From positions 2,854,776 to 2,918,775 of the forward strand of contig NC_057756.1 of NCBI RefSeq assembly GCF_004010195.1: 64,000 bases of DNA, read 5' to 3'. The translations under genes were made by a program, and so were the position numbers. The notes beneath the pieces are model-generated. The model was not told the DNA's origin. It worked only from the letters and a program-made list of their open reading frames with translations, and ran no database searches. The DNA is from Chiloscyllium plagiosum. Taxonomy: Eukaryota. How positions within the stretch are numbered: position 1 is the first letter of the stretch; each line of letters opens with the position of its first letter. This document shows, piece after piece, positions 26,722-39,695 of the stretch.

Positions 26722-29640
26722 GTCCACGAACCCTAAAGCCCTTCATTATCTTGAAAGTTTCCACCTCAACCTTCTAAACTCTAATGAGTACAGTCCCAGG
26801 ATCCTGAACCGTTCGTCGTATGTTCGGCCTACTATTCCAGGGATCATTCGTGTGAATCTCAGCTGAACATGGTCCAGCATCAAGATGTCCTTCCTGATGT
26901 ATGGGGCCTATGATTAGCCACAGCATTCTAAATGGGGCCTAGCTAGAGCATTATAGATTATCAGCAACACATCACTGCTTTAATATTCGCTTTTGTTTCT
27001 TATGTATTGAAAGGAACTTTAACTATTATTTATAATATTACTGGGAAGCCTATGTTCATATTTGATCCTCTCCTTCCATATTTCTGTCTTTGTTTTCCTC
27101 AGTATGTTTTCATAGTCTTCCCAATCCTCTGAATTCCCAGTGCTCATGTCCAGTTTATACGCTCTCTCTTTTTCTTTGATGCATTTTCTGACTTACTTTG
27201 TCAGCAGTGGCTGTTTAATGCTCCTCCCCGGCCCGCCACTGATGATCTTTCTTTTATTTGGGATGAAAGTCTGTACTGTACCCTCAATTACACCCATTGT
27301 CGCCCTTCTGTCTTCTCCGCTAGACACTGCCTCCATTCGATTTTTGTCACTTCCACTCTCACGACAATGTAATTAGCTTTATTTAATTATAACACCATGC
27401 CATCCGATTTTGCATTCTCTCTTTCAACTGCAGACTGAACTTTACCATATTATGATTGCTGCCTCCTTAGTGTTCCCTTACTTTAATATCTTTTATAAAG
27501 TCTTGCTCATTACGTGCTACGAAGTCTAGAATAGCCTCCTCCCTTGTAGGCTCCATTACAAGCTGTTTAAATTGCCATCCTGTAAACATTCCATGAATTC
27601 CATGGATCCACCGACAATATTATTCACCTAGTTCACCTGCATATTGAAGTCCCCCATAATCACCGTGATCTTGCCTTTCTGTCATGTCCTATATATTTCA
27701 CAATACGTCTTGCGCCACTGGTCCTGACGACTGCTAGGAGCTCTGTACATAAATCCCATTCTGATTTTTGTTTGCATTTGTTGTACCTCAACTCCAGCCA
27801 CAGACTCCACAAACTCTGATCACATTTCATTCAGTGCCATGGATTTAATTTCATTCTTAACAAGGCAACCCCGCCCCCTCTGCCTACCTCACTTTTTTTC
27901 GATAACTTGATAATTCTTGAATGCTTACATGCCAGTCCTGAACTCCATAGACGTATGTCTCTGTGATGCCTACAACATCATAATCATTCATGATTATTTT
28001 TGCTGTTAATTTGTTTACTTTGTTACGAATCCTACGAGCATTCATGTCAATCGCCATAATGATAATTTTCTTATCCTCATGATTTCCAACATCTCCAGTG
28101 TTCTGCCCGAAGTTATCCTTCCTCTTTGCTTCATTCCTAGTCTGCCTTGAACTTAAACCCTGCACACTTGCTAACGTGGCTCTTATCTTTCTACTTGACT
28201 CCATACTCCTGCTCACTTTCCCTTTCCCTTCCACCTGACTTATAAGTTTATACTCCTAGTGACCACTATTTTTATCCTTTTCGCTGGAAGTCCGGTTCCA
28301 GATCGGGTCAGGTTGAGACTGCCACTATGGTTTGGATCCCACCGGTTCCAAAACTAATGCCAATGTCGAATGAAATGGAATCCCTCTTTCCCACACCAAT
28401 CTCTTCGAAGCGTGTTTTATTCCCGAATGTTCTTATTATTATATCAATTAACGCGTGGCTCGGGCTGTAATCCAGAGATTATGACCCTCGATGACTTGCT
28501 CTTCAATTTCCTTCCCAGTGCTTGACAATCCCCCAAAAGGTAATCGAATCCATCCTTGCTTATGTTGTTAGTGCCAATGTGGAACACAACAATTGGATCT
28601 GCTGCCACCCGATCCAATATCCGTTCAAGCCTGTCGGAGATGTCCTGCACCCTGAGGTCATGCACGCAACCATTCGGAAATCCCGATCTGGCTCACAAAG
28701 GGTGCTATATGTTACCCTGATTATAGAATCTCTGATAAGAACTACTTGTCCTTTTGCTCCCCCCATCTTAGATAGCCTTCTTCACCAAGGTGCATCAATT
28801 ACACCCATTGTTGCTCTACTGTCTCCTCTGCTAGACACTGCTTCGATTCAATTTTTGTCACTTCCACCCACATGCCCCGTAATTTGATTTATTCAGTTAT
28901 AACACCATTGCATTCGATTTTGCTTTCTCTCTTTCAACTGCAGACTGAACTTTACCATAGCATAATTCCTGTTTCCTAAGTGTTCCCATTCTCATCCTGT
29001 CCACAGTCCTTTCTTTCATCCGTACAGGGAGCAAGAATCCCATAGCTATTGGACAAGGTCAAGGGCAGTGGGCTTCTCCACTCCTGAACACAGACTCCCC
29101 CTACCTGCCTCACTAAAAGTCATACTCTTTTGTCCATGATCACTGACGGAATTTTAGTGACTTAATATGAAGCATATGAATGCCTCCTGAAGCAAAGCGT
29201 CCAGGTAACTCTCCTCATCTCGGATTTGCCATAGTGTTTGAAGCTCAGATTCCAGATCCTCAATTTTGATGCGGAGATCTTCCAGCATGCAACACTTGCT
29301 GCTCATGTGGTCACTGCTGTTCACAATGAGATCAGCCATTTCCCACATCATACTGCCCACCACATCACCTGCCCATCCATCTCTAATAATTTAATTAATT
29401 TATGCAAATTTATAAGTTAAATAAGTCCTAGTGGTCTTATTCAACTAGTCAGCTCACAGTAAACAATACACACAATACACAAGATGTATCAATTGAAAAG
29501 ACTTACCTTAGTAACACATGAAAGTCCATTTTTGTTCGAGGAGGAGGATGGGTGTTCCTTGAAAAACGGCGAATGTGCGCTCCCTTCCCGGCAGCCCTCG
29601 CTTCTCTCTGGCCTCTGTCCTCGCTGATCTCTAAAAATGG
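26390..29640 (-). mobile_element. Internally deleted CR1 LINE retaining 5' region, ORF1 (leucine-zipper plus SGNH esterase) and ORF2 endonuclease
   Basis: KCCMLEDLRIKIEDLESELQTL; VVLIRDSIIR, IVVFHIGTNNI, VIISGLQP; MNARRIRNK..DVVGITET; most of the RT is missing. Confidence 0.85.
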
Positions 29641-30244
29641 AACCATACTCACTCGTATATATCTCCCGGCAAATACAGCATGTTAAACTTGGTCAGAGCA
29701 ATTCAAACTGTGCATTGTGAATTGCATTTATTAGACTTTGTCAATCGTATTTCTTCGGGTTGGTATATTGTGGGCTGGCAATATCAGGACATATATTACA
29801 ATGTTGGCATCATTGCTGTTGAATGATGAGAAGCATCAGTGGTAACAGGCTGAAATCAATTTTCTAGTCGGAATGGGACATTGCACCATGCTTTTTTCTT
29901 TCACTCACTGTTTAAACCACATTGACATATGAGTAAGTTGCTTCTTGGATGCATGCAGTGGCACGTAAATATAAGGAACACTTCTGCAGATAAGCATTCT
30001 CATGCCACTCTTGCAATGGGAATTTTCTTCGAGGAAAAAGATTTGTCAGGTATAAATGAACTCAATGTGATAAAAGTGTTATTACTTTTTAACACCAAAT
30101 TATCAATAAGAACACAGCAGACACTTAATTTGATTAAATAATGAAATAATTTCCAAGGAGGAAGTGTGGAATAATTACCATGTTGATTTGAAATGAACTT
30201 TAATAATATCGTTCTGATCCAACAACTATTAATAATTTTAACAG

Positions 30245-30277
30245 GACTCGAAGAAATAATTGTGAAGCAAAAAGAAG
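30245..30277 (+). CDS. Candidate micro-exon 6 (33 nt, phase 1-1); GLEEIIVKQKE
   Basis: taataattttaacag acceptor, AAG|gtacca donor, open frame; resembles the 36-nt module minus its last codon (L2, I5; KQKE versus NQKS/NMKE). Confidence 0.6.
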
Positions 30278-30879
30278 GTACCACGTGGAAATCAATCAAA
30301 ACGTTTTGAAATACATGATTAACATTTCGATGCTTGCCTTCATTGGAGTAAATTAAAACATCTCTCTAAAAATAAATATTTTAACTTGCAAATAAAAAAA
30401 CACACCTTTGTGAAGATCTATCTACTCCGTTGAACAAAACATTCTATGCACTTGTCATTCACGACATACGACTAATTGATCTCGATGATGCAAAGTTAAA
30501 ACATGCCCATTTCTACTGGAGAATGTAAAAGGAAACAAAGACAGTGGACATTGAAAGCATCATACAAAGAAAAAAAATCTTTAAAAGAGTCAGACCAGTC
30601 AACCGGTGTACAATTTCATCTACTTTAAGTATTGCAATTGTGAATCATTTCGCTCTAGGTATTTTAATTATAATTACCAATATTATTTTGGATGTTCAGA
30701 AACTCAGGTTGGTGAGATCATTGCTGGACCTAAAACGTATGTGGACCTATCCCAAATGCCAGACCATGAATGTAATTTGAAAGAAAAAAAAACAACTTAC
30801 TCCCGCTCATTTTCTACAGAACATAAAGACAGAATATAAAAAAGACGTCTTTTTTAATAACGTTGACGGAGGATGTTAA

Positions 30880-31300
30880 TGTCATGGAACCAGTCAGACC
30901 ACCTCAAAACATTTGAAGAAGGTAGCCAACACGCTAAAATTTCTAATTGTTTTGAGCAGGTATGCAGTGGATATTCCAGGAGGGATGCAGCTGTTTTTAC
31001 CATTTTGTTTTTAACCATGACTGAAATTATTTATAAATAAACGAATGAAACGCAAACGAAAGAGAATAGCAACCTATCTGAAAACTTAATGATGCTGTTA
31101 AAACACGTGCAATAATCATCACAAACAGCCTTTGGAAAAAAAATAAAATCAAACACAGGGTCTTACAGGGGAGGGAGAGAGAGATAGATACAGAGAGGTG
31201 GGGGGTGAGATGGCAGAGAAATTCAGCATGGAACAGCTTCTTTCATGTGTTTACTCCTTTGACCAGCGGCACGGCACCAGTTTTGAGTTTCAGTCTGAAT
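30880..31300. mobile_element. LTR fragment related to the 10645-11272 LTR
   Basis: tgtcatggaaccagtcagaccacctcaaaacattt aligns with tgttatggattagaccagaccactcaaacattc, with scattered similarity downstream. Confidence 0.65.
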
Positions 31301-31779
31301 TGCATTGAACCCTCGACATGATGGACGCAGAACATGAGGCTCCTCCAGACCACAATGGTACTGCGAACAACATCCCACCAAGAACCACCTCAGAGACATT
31401 GTAACCTTGAAATTCCCATGGGCAATCAAACTTATTCGCACTTTGACTGATGCAATAAACCGAACGACTCAAAGGAAACTCAGGCAGACAAGGTAGGACG
31501 TTGAAAAGCAAAACCATCAGACATTGTTGCAAGAGAAGCCAGGTCACGAGCACTTTAAGGCTACACGGGTGGCCATGAGCGATGTGTGCCATCCCAATTT
31601 ACTTAGAAACTTGAAGTAAATTTTCTTTCCTGTTGGTCTATTTGCAATTTCTCTTCTCAATGGCAATATTGTGAAAAATAAGTAATTTTGAATCGATCAT
31701 TTCATGACACTTTCGTTTCTGGAATATAAAGAACAACTGGACCAAAGTTATTTGCCTCTTATGTGTTTGGAATTATTAG

Positions 31780-34700
31780 AATATAAAACATTGAACAATG
31801 CAGCACAGTACAGGCTCTTTGACACTGGCTGTTGTGCCGGCTTTATACTGAACGAGAAAAACAAACTATCTTACATAATCTACATTTTACTATCATCCAT
31901 GTGCCCACACAAGAGTCGCTTCAATATCCCCAACGCATCTGACTCTACGAGCACTGCTGGCAATGCATTCCAAGCACTCACCGCTGTCTGTGCAAAGAAC
32001 CTACCTTTGGCATCTCCTCTAAACATTCTAAATCACCTCAAAATTATACCACCTCATGATAGACATTTGCGCTCTGAAAGTAGTGTCTGCCTATCCACTC
32101 TATCAAAGCTTCTCATCGACTTGTATCCCTCTATTAAATCATTTCCAATTCTTCTTCACTTCAGAGAGAAAAATCCTAGATCCCTCAAAATTTGTTCTAA
32201 AGACAAGTCCTCAAATTCAGGTAGAATTCTGGTAAATCCCCTCCAAATCTTCTTTAAAGCTTTCACATTCTTCCTCGAGTGAGACGACCAGAACTGAACA
32301 CAATAATCCATGTCTGGTTTAACCAAGGCTTTATACCACTGCAGCATAGCCTCGTGTCTATTAAACTGAAACGCTCTGCTAATGAAAGCCAACTCACCAT
32401 ACGCCTGTTTAACAGCCCAACCAACGTGGTTGGCAACTTTGAGGGATCTGTAGACAAGGACCTCAAGATCCCTTTATTCCTCCACTTTCAAGAAAGCTGC
32501 CTTTAACCCCGAAATTTGCATTCAATTTCACCATCCCAAAATTAATCTGTTCGCACACGGCCAGTTTGAACACAATTTTCTAAGCCCACCTCTGCCTCCT
32601 CTCAATGTGTCATTGCAAGCTACAGCAGCCCTAAGCACTATCCAAAACAACCCATCAAACCTTAGTGTCGTTGTCAAATTTAGTAACCTACCCTTCCACT
32701 TCTTATTCCAATTTATTTATAACAAAAAATTACAAAGTGCAGAGTTCCCCGAATAGATTTCTGCAGAAAACCACTGGTCACCCAGCTCCAGGCTGAATGC
32801 TTTCCATCTAATACCACTGTCTGTCTTCAAAGCGCCAGCCAATTATATATCCAAACAGACACATATCCTGCATTCCATGCCTCCATAATTACTGAATGAG
32901 CCTTCGGCAGGGAAACTCCATATGCACCATATCAACTGCTGCACCTTCATGAATCTCTTTGGTCGCATTCTCAGAAAGGCTTTTGAGGCATGTCCTGCCC
33001 CTCACAAAGGCATGATGACTTTGTATAATAAAACTATGGCTTCCTAAGTAATTATAAATCTTGTTTCTCAGAATCTTCTCCAATGCTCTCCCCATATAGA
33101 CATAAGACTGATCATTCTGTCGTTCTTTGTGTTCTCCCTATTCCATTTATTGAATGATGCAATAATATTTGCCACCCAGAAAATCAAATGCTGACACTGT
33201 AGTGGACAGTGACAACGTAATTCTTCTTGCCAAAGGCGCAGCAATCGGTTCCCTCACTTCCCGTATTAAACTTGGATGTATTCTTTTGGCCCAGGGAACT
33301 TGTCTGTCGTGAAGTTTTTCGGCATTTCCTGAGCATCCTCCTTCTCAACATCAACTTGTTCGAGTGCTTTAGATCGTTTCACGCCGACTCAGAAAGGATA
33401 CGATTCGTGTCACTAGTGAATATTGAAAGAGAATATTTATTAGGGATCTTTCTTACCGAATTCGACTCCTTGCCCAGCTTTCCTCCAGTATTTCCAATCG
33501 GTCTTACCATCACTCTGGCCACCCTCTTCTTTCGTACATAACTTTTGAACGTCTTGGGCTACTCCTTAATCCTAAGTGCCAATCATAGTTCATGCCCCCT
33601 TCTAGCTCTCCTAAACTGATTCTTTTGCTCAATCGTTGCTAACATGGAATCCTAAAGAGCCCAGTCGGCTCCTTGTTTCCTTTAACTTAAGTATACTCCC
33701 TTCTTCCACTTGGCCAGAAGTTCCAAGTCTCGTGTCATCTGTGGTTCATTCGCCTTACAATCCGTTCCTTGCCTCATGGGGGCATAACTATCCAGGGGTC
33801 GCTGCATGTTCTCCCTAAAAATCCTCCATATTTCTGATGTGCATTCCCCGGAGAATTCCTGCTCCCAATTCATATTCGAAAATTCCTGTCAAATAGCAAT
33901 GTAATTTCGCCTCCCCGAATTAAATATTTATCCATACCATGTGCTCCCATCTCTCACCATGACTGTAGTGAATGTTAGAGAGTTGTTACCAGTATTACAG
34001 AAGTGCTCTGTCACTTAGAGATGTCACAGCTGACCTGGTTCTTTTTCAAGCACGAAATCCAGATTGGCCTCCACTCAAACGGCATATCAAAGTACTCAGA
34101 CAGAAATCCTTCCTAAATACGCTTGACAAAATCTGTTCCATCCAAACTATTTCCAGGAGGAAGATTCCAATCAATAGTAGGCAAGTTGAAGTCACCCATG
34201 AAAACAACACTGCTACTTCTTCAGCTTTCGAAGGTCTGCCGGCAATCGGCGCCTCTGTTTCTCTGTTGCTACTGGGTGTTCCATAGAAAACACCAATTAA
34301 AGCAGCCGCTCTTTTCTTGGTTCTGAATTCCATCCATACTAACTCAGAAGACAAAGTTTGCTCGAGGAAATCCATTTTCTGCAGCTGTTCTTCTCTCCCA
34401 GATTAGCTAACCACGCCCCCATTTATGTTAACTCCCTTCCACAATCTTTAGAAATATCCAACAACCATCCCTTCCACTATGATGTCCATGTTTCTACATT
34501 GACCACAACATCGGAGCTGCAAGCATTGATCCATGCTCGAAGTTCATCACCGACATTCCTGACATTTTTTACATTAAAACGGATACACTTCAAACGAACA
34601 CCGACTGCAACCTTGCCCTATCAACTGTGTAACCTTCCTCACACTAACCTCTGATCCTTAGCTCTGCTTCACATACCCCTGCCCAAACTAGTTTGTACCC

Positions 34701-34780
34701 TCCAGAAGAGCTTCAGCAAACCTTCTGCCCAGGATATTAGTACACCTCCAGTCCAAGTGAAAAAGTCCTTTATTTCAAAA
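31780..34780 (-). mobile_element. Decayed CR1 LINE ORF2 (endonuclease to RT) with 3' tail
   Basis: ELVWMEFRTKK..IGVFYG, QSHHAFVRGRTCL, YKALVKPDMDYCVQFWS. Confidence 0.85.
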
Positions 34781-37247
34781 AGTTAGAGACATAAATTGCA
34801 GATTCAGGAACCCAAGTTAGACATGCAGCAGGCCGGATGAAAAGAGCAAGCCATGCAGTATCAGGAGTCGAAAGTCAACGTTTTATGTGTAACTCTTCTC
34901 CAACAAATGTTTTATTACAAGGTGAACAACATTTTAATACATATTTTACAATTTGGCAACTTACACGAAAGCAATTAAACCTGATTGATCAAACAAATCA
35001 TTCGCAATTAAAATGACTGAGTGCCAACTAATTAAAATTACAAAGCAGTCTGATATTTAGAAGGCCGCACTAATTCACTATTGAATCTCTGAACTGAACA
35101 TTAGTAAGATAATCGACTTTTCTGGAACATGGTTAGCGTTTTGAAGAAGCACTGCATTATGAATTTACAGTGAAAAAGAATCTCCTTACTTTGTTTCCAA
35201 ATTGCCATTATATCGTCGCTCACTATATGAGCCATGATCGTTTCTTTCGTTGAAAATGTAAACTTAAAATTGTACATAACCTTAACAAAGCTCATTATTT
35301 CTGAACCAGCATTTTATGATCCTTGTGTGGGTGAATTTTATATTTAAGTACAGTTAATTGGAAGGAAGTTGAATCGAAATTATTCTTTTATAATAACAAG
35401 AGTCCTATTACAGGTCATCAGAATCAACCACAATTTTAACAATTTGTTCAAAAACTTCTTCTTTCTGATACATGAACAATATTACAAGTTAAGTTATAAC
35501 ATGATGACCCCGCTGATAATTGGAAGGAAAATGGATGTATCATCATATGTTTTGGGGATAAAACAAAGAATTTCAGAAAATAATTTATATTTTGCCCCTG
35601 CAATTTTATTTAATTTGTATCCTATTTAATGATGTTTGTCAAATTAGTGAAATTGACAATTAGAACGTCATTTTATTTCTTCTTGCACATTGTCGTGTTT
35701 TTACTTAACAAACTAGATATATCAGATAATATTTTCCCTATACTTACGAAGAGTTAGCACATCTGAGGTATTATTCATCAAATGAAGGAAGAAAATAAAG
35801 CTCAGCAGATCAAAAATATATTTTACCACTCCATCTTTCACCTATAGTTTGGTCATCCAACCTTCCTAACTTAAAAGATTTTGCAATGACCAAAGTCATT
35901 TGGAGTCGAAGGTTGGATTTGTCTACATTACGTTATCTCATTAACTTTGTAAAACAATGGGTATTTACAAACAAATTATTACAATTCTCTATTGGGGAAA
36001 ACTAAAAAGAGTCAATGATTTTTAACTGAAATTTCCTTTTCTATCGTCATTTTGAAATATTTTGTATTAATAGATTTGCCTTTCCCCTACTCCAGCAAGA
36101 CATCCCTGTGAAAATGTGCGAATAGATGAGTTCTCCTCCAGAATATTTCAAGTTTCCATTATATGCATGGCAAATGGCTGGGGTTGTGGGTTGGTGAAGA
36201 ATCACGGTGAGTGCACAGTATGGCATTTCTTTTTCAAGTTATGCACCAGTTCTGCATATAAAGCATCATATTCAGTTGAGAAATACTGCTTCGACTTTAA
36301 TTTGTATCAGCTTTCATTGCTCTTAATTGGGGGGTGGGGGCGGGGGATGTCAACTTTTGCTGTATATTGAAATGCAGGAGAGCTTCTTCACGCTATGAAA
36401 CATTTCAGGGTAACGCCGTTAAACACTACCTGCAGGAATCGTTTTGTTTCTTACATTCATTGGTAAAGGGTGCTTCGTATTATGCAATTCATCAGCCAGA
36501 GTCTCCTCTAACATATGCATCAATGTAATAATATCGAATTGTTTGTGAACTTAATTACATGTGAATTTAAGTTCAAGTCATTGAGAAAACTAAATGTTGA
36601 CGGTGAATTCCTCCCCGCACAAAGAGGAAGACAACGTGAAACGACTATTTTCATATGAAACATGCAACTCTATATGATTCAATAATAAAGACATCCGTTA
36701 CTTTCGCTGTTACATTTTTGTCCATTCCATGCTGGTACATTTTTGTTAGCCATTTTGTCGAATTAGCAAATGTATGCAAAAAATAATTGGCAAGATATGC
36801 TGCACAAAGGAACTCGAGAAAGTACCGTTCAAACTGATGTGTCCCGGATGAGTTACGGATGTGAAAGTTCCGTGAATAAGAACATATTAAATGGAAACAA
36901 ATTGCACCAATGCTGGAAATCTGAGACGTACTTAGCAAATACTGAACAAACGCAGCAGATTTGGTCACATTTTGCAGAGAGAAGCAAATTTCAACTTTAG
37001 AGTCTGGTACAATAATTACAATATACTGGTCTCAGCATATATTTCTCTTACCATACATGATGTCCTAACTGCTGATGTTATCAAGCATTCGTGTGTTCAT
37101 TGAAAATATTTCCTCTGTTCTCATAATCATGTCCAATGATTGGCATGCAGACTACTTACTAAAAAAATAGTTTTCGAAACTTGTTGCTTTAAATACTGCG
37201 TACAATGGTTTTACATCAATGAAGTCAAGTTTTGACTTGTATTTCAG

Positions 37248-37283
37248 ATCAAGCTAACTTATACAAAAACATGAAAGAAGTGG
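37248..37283 (+). CDS. Micro-exon 7 (36 nt, phase 1-1); DQANLYKNMKEV
   Basis: ttttgacttgtatttcag acceptor, TGG|gtaagc donor, open frame. Confidence 0.8.
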
Positions 37284-38383
37284 GTAAGCATAAAAAGAAT
37301 GTTGTATCCACATTGTGTTGAAGGGTCATCTTTATTTAAGGACAGAGCGATGGACGTTTTGACGATGTCAGTAAGAACTAGTAGAATAATTCAGAAATTT
37401 TGGCGAATATTCAATAAAATACTTCATAATATCGCTGAAAAACCTCGTTTATTTGGAGGAATAGAAACACTGATAGAAAAGCAGTATGTATCCAGCTCGA
37501 TATTCCCCAAACCTATGCTCCCACGATTCCTGCCTGCAATGTTAATCAATGGAATTAATATAGATCTGAGCATAATCAATCCATAATCCGAGTCGATGAA
37601 TGTTGGTGATGAATCTTCTTGGGGTATCAATCACAGACATTGAAATAATTGATCACACCTTCTCACAGAGATATGCCTATTTCTTTGTATCTAATGATTT
37701 CACAATGAAACTTTCTTTTGCACCGAGCTGAAACTTGTGTCTGGACAGTTAGCACACAATTTGCAAATGAGCTTGCAAATGAATTTGATAAAGATATACA
37801 ATTGAAAATATAGTTGTACAGGAAATGACAATTGGGCTCGGATTATTTGGATACTCTTGTCTCGACCACAATTGCCAATAAAATGAATCTCTCCAAAAAT
37901 TTTTTTTTTCTTTGCCTGCATGGTACAGAATTGAGTATTTTGAACCAGAATATCAAGCGTTAAATTCCTGGTGGCATACACAGTCGTTTAGTGACGTTTT
38001 CCCGTTACATCTTAAAGATGATATTAATCAGCAAAATTAACAGATGGCATATCTGTGTTTCCAGAATTGTCGATTGAAAGCAGCTTTGATGAATTCTACC
38101 AGTTTTTACCAAGGGACATGGCCTTATTCCTTTCTTTTCTGACCGACCACAAGAGTTTTGCAAAACTGACTGTACTTCTTCTAAGGTGATAGTTAAAGCA
38201 GTAGCTGTCTAATCTCTGAATTTCCAGATTAAAAATCAATGAAGATGTAAGATATGACAATGCGTATCAGCTCATTTTCGTTGTTAAAACAGAAATGTGT
38301 AATTTTAATAGAGTTTTTTTTTTAAATCTTCTTGCATATGATGTACTTCAAGTGAGTTACCAAGCATATGTTTTTCTTCACAG

Positions 38384-38410
38384 AGACGTTGTTGTCAAAT
38401 AAAACAAAAG
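38384..38410 (+). CDS. Micro-exon 8 (27 nt, phase 1-1); ETLLSNKTK
   Basis: tgtttttcttcacag acceptor, AAG|gtaaag donor; 1100-nt intron after exon 7; contains an N-K-T sequon. Confidence 0.8.
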
Positions 38411-39525
38411 GTAAAGCCTTTGCACAATCATGTCACACAATTCGACAAATGTTGAGGGGGTTGATATTTTTCCATAAGAAGAGACGGGTAAATGGAGGAA
38501 AAAAGAGATTGAAATGGACATTTTCTTCTTTGATTCTCACAATCTTATTTAGTTTGTCGTTACTAGGATGCATCGGCCAGTGAATAGCAAGTTGTTTTCA
38601 GGCACATTGGTCTTACTCCAAAATTACGTACAAACCTTTGTCGAGTCCACAGAGGATGGCGCCCCTAAATGTTGCTATGATTGGTGGTAAAATGAATTGT
38701 CACCTCGCTTTTCGAACGTAATTATTAATAGTCATTTTGTAAATTAATGTGAAAAAGTTCTGTCGGACTCAATTAACAGTCGTTTCGCAACCTACACATC
38801 CTGAAAATCGAAACTCATAAGTGTATATTTACTTTTAATACAGAACATATTTTTATTTACTTCATATTTATGGGTATTTCTAGGATTAATCTCACCAATT
38901 ACAATAACGCCAATTTCAATACTAACACCATCACTAATCATAGTATTAATAGTAACACTAATATTATTGTCAATAATAAAAATAAAGTAATATTAAAAAA
39001 GATATTTTTTTAAAACTGAAATGACTTTCCCAGTATTAATATCAAATATAGAACTAATAATAAATTTTAAAGAAAACAACTACTATTAAAATCGCATTAT
39101 TATTATTATTAAGGTATTATTCCAGACTCGGAAATCTATTCTGATTATGGGGTTCAAAGACTGCCAACGTAATTCAGGGAGGAAGTATGCTTCCCTTGTC
39201 CTCTCTGCCGTTAACTTGACTCAAACACACAGCAGCACGTTTGAATCCTAAATCTCATTTTGAAAATTAATTACCGGCACGGCTTGTCAAACCTGAGCAT
39301 TTGTGGGTGCATTATAATGATGTTTTTGTATTTATATCTAGCTGCGATTGCAGTCAAAATTTAATGACCTTATCTTTCAGAGGACACATTCTACATTCCT
39401 ATAGATTTCTACTGCTTTAAACTCATCGGCATAAGCTCACAGTTTTGGCGTAAGCAAATTCTGTCATGCAGCACTTGTTACATTGTATTCAGCAAAAACG
39501 GCAACACATAAAATAACGTTGTAAG

Positions 39526-39695
39526 GATGTAGGTTTGCTCGTTCAGCTGTAAGGATCATTTTCAGATGTTTCTTCACCATACTGCATAACGTCTTCAATG
39601 AGGCTGCGGATGAAACGGTCCCTGAAGATGTTCCTTGTATGGAGACAAACGTCTGACAAAGTGCCTTCCAGCTCTGCGAGCAAACCTACATCCAG
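39526..39695. mobile_element. Palindromic Penelope-like short element (two opposed pseudo-LTR halves with decayed hammerhead cores)
   Basis: ggatgtaggtttgctcg ... cgagcaaacctacatcc inverted termini; internal cCTGAAGAtgttcc..ggagac-AAACGTC. Confidence 0.6.

Noticed and set aside
30820..30846. 27-nt candidate partner of the 33-nt exon
   Set aside because: In-frame TAA and poor donor gtcttt.
31704..32282. 192-aa ORF
   Set aside because: Antisense reading of a CR1 3' region.
35752..35787. 36-nt ELAHLRYYSSNE candidate
   Set aside because: No GT donor (followed by gaagaa); at best a dead exon.
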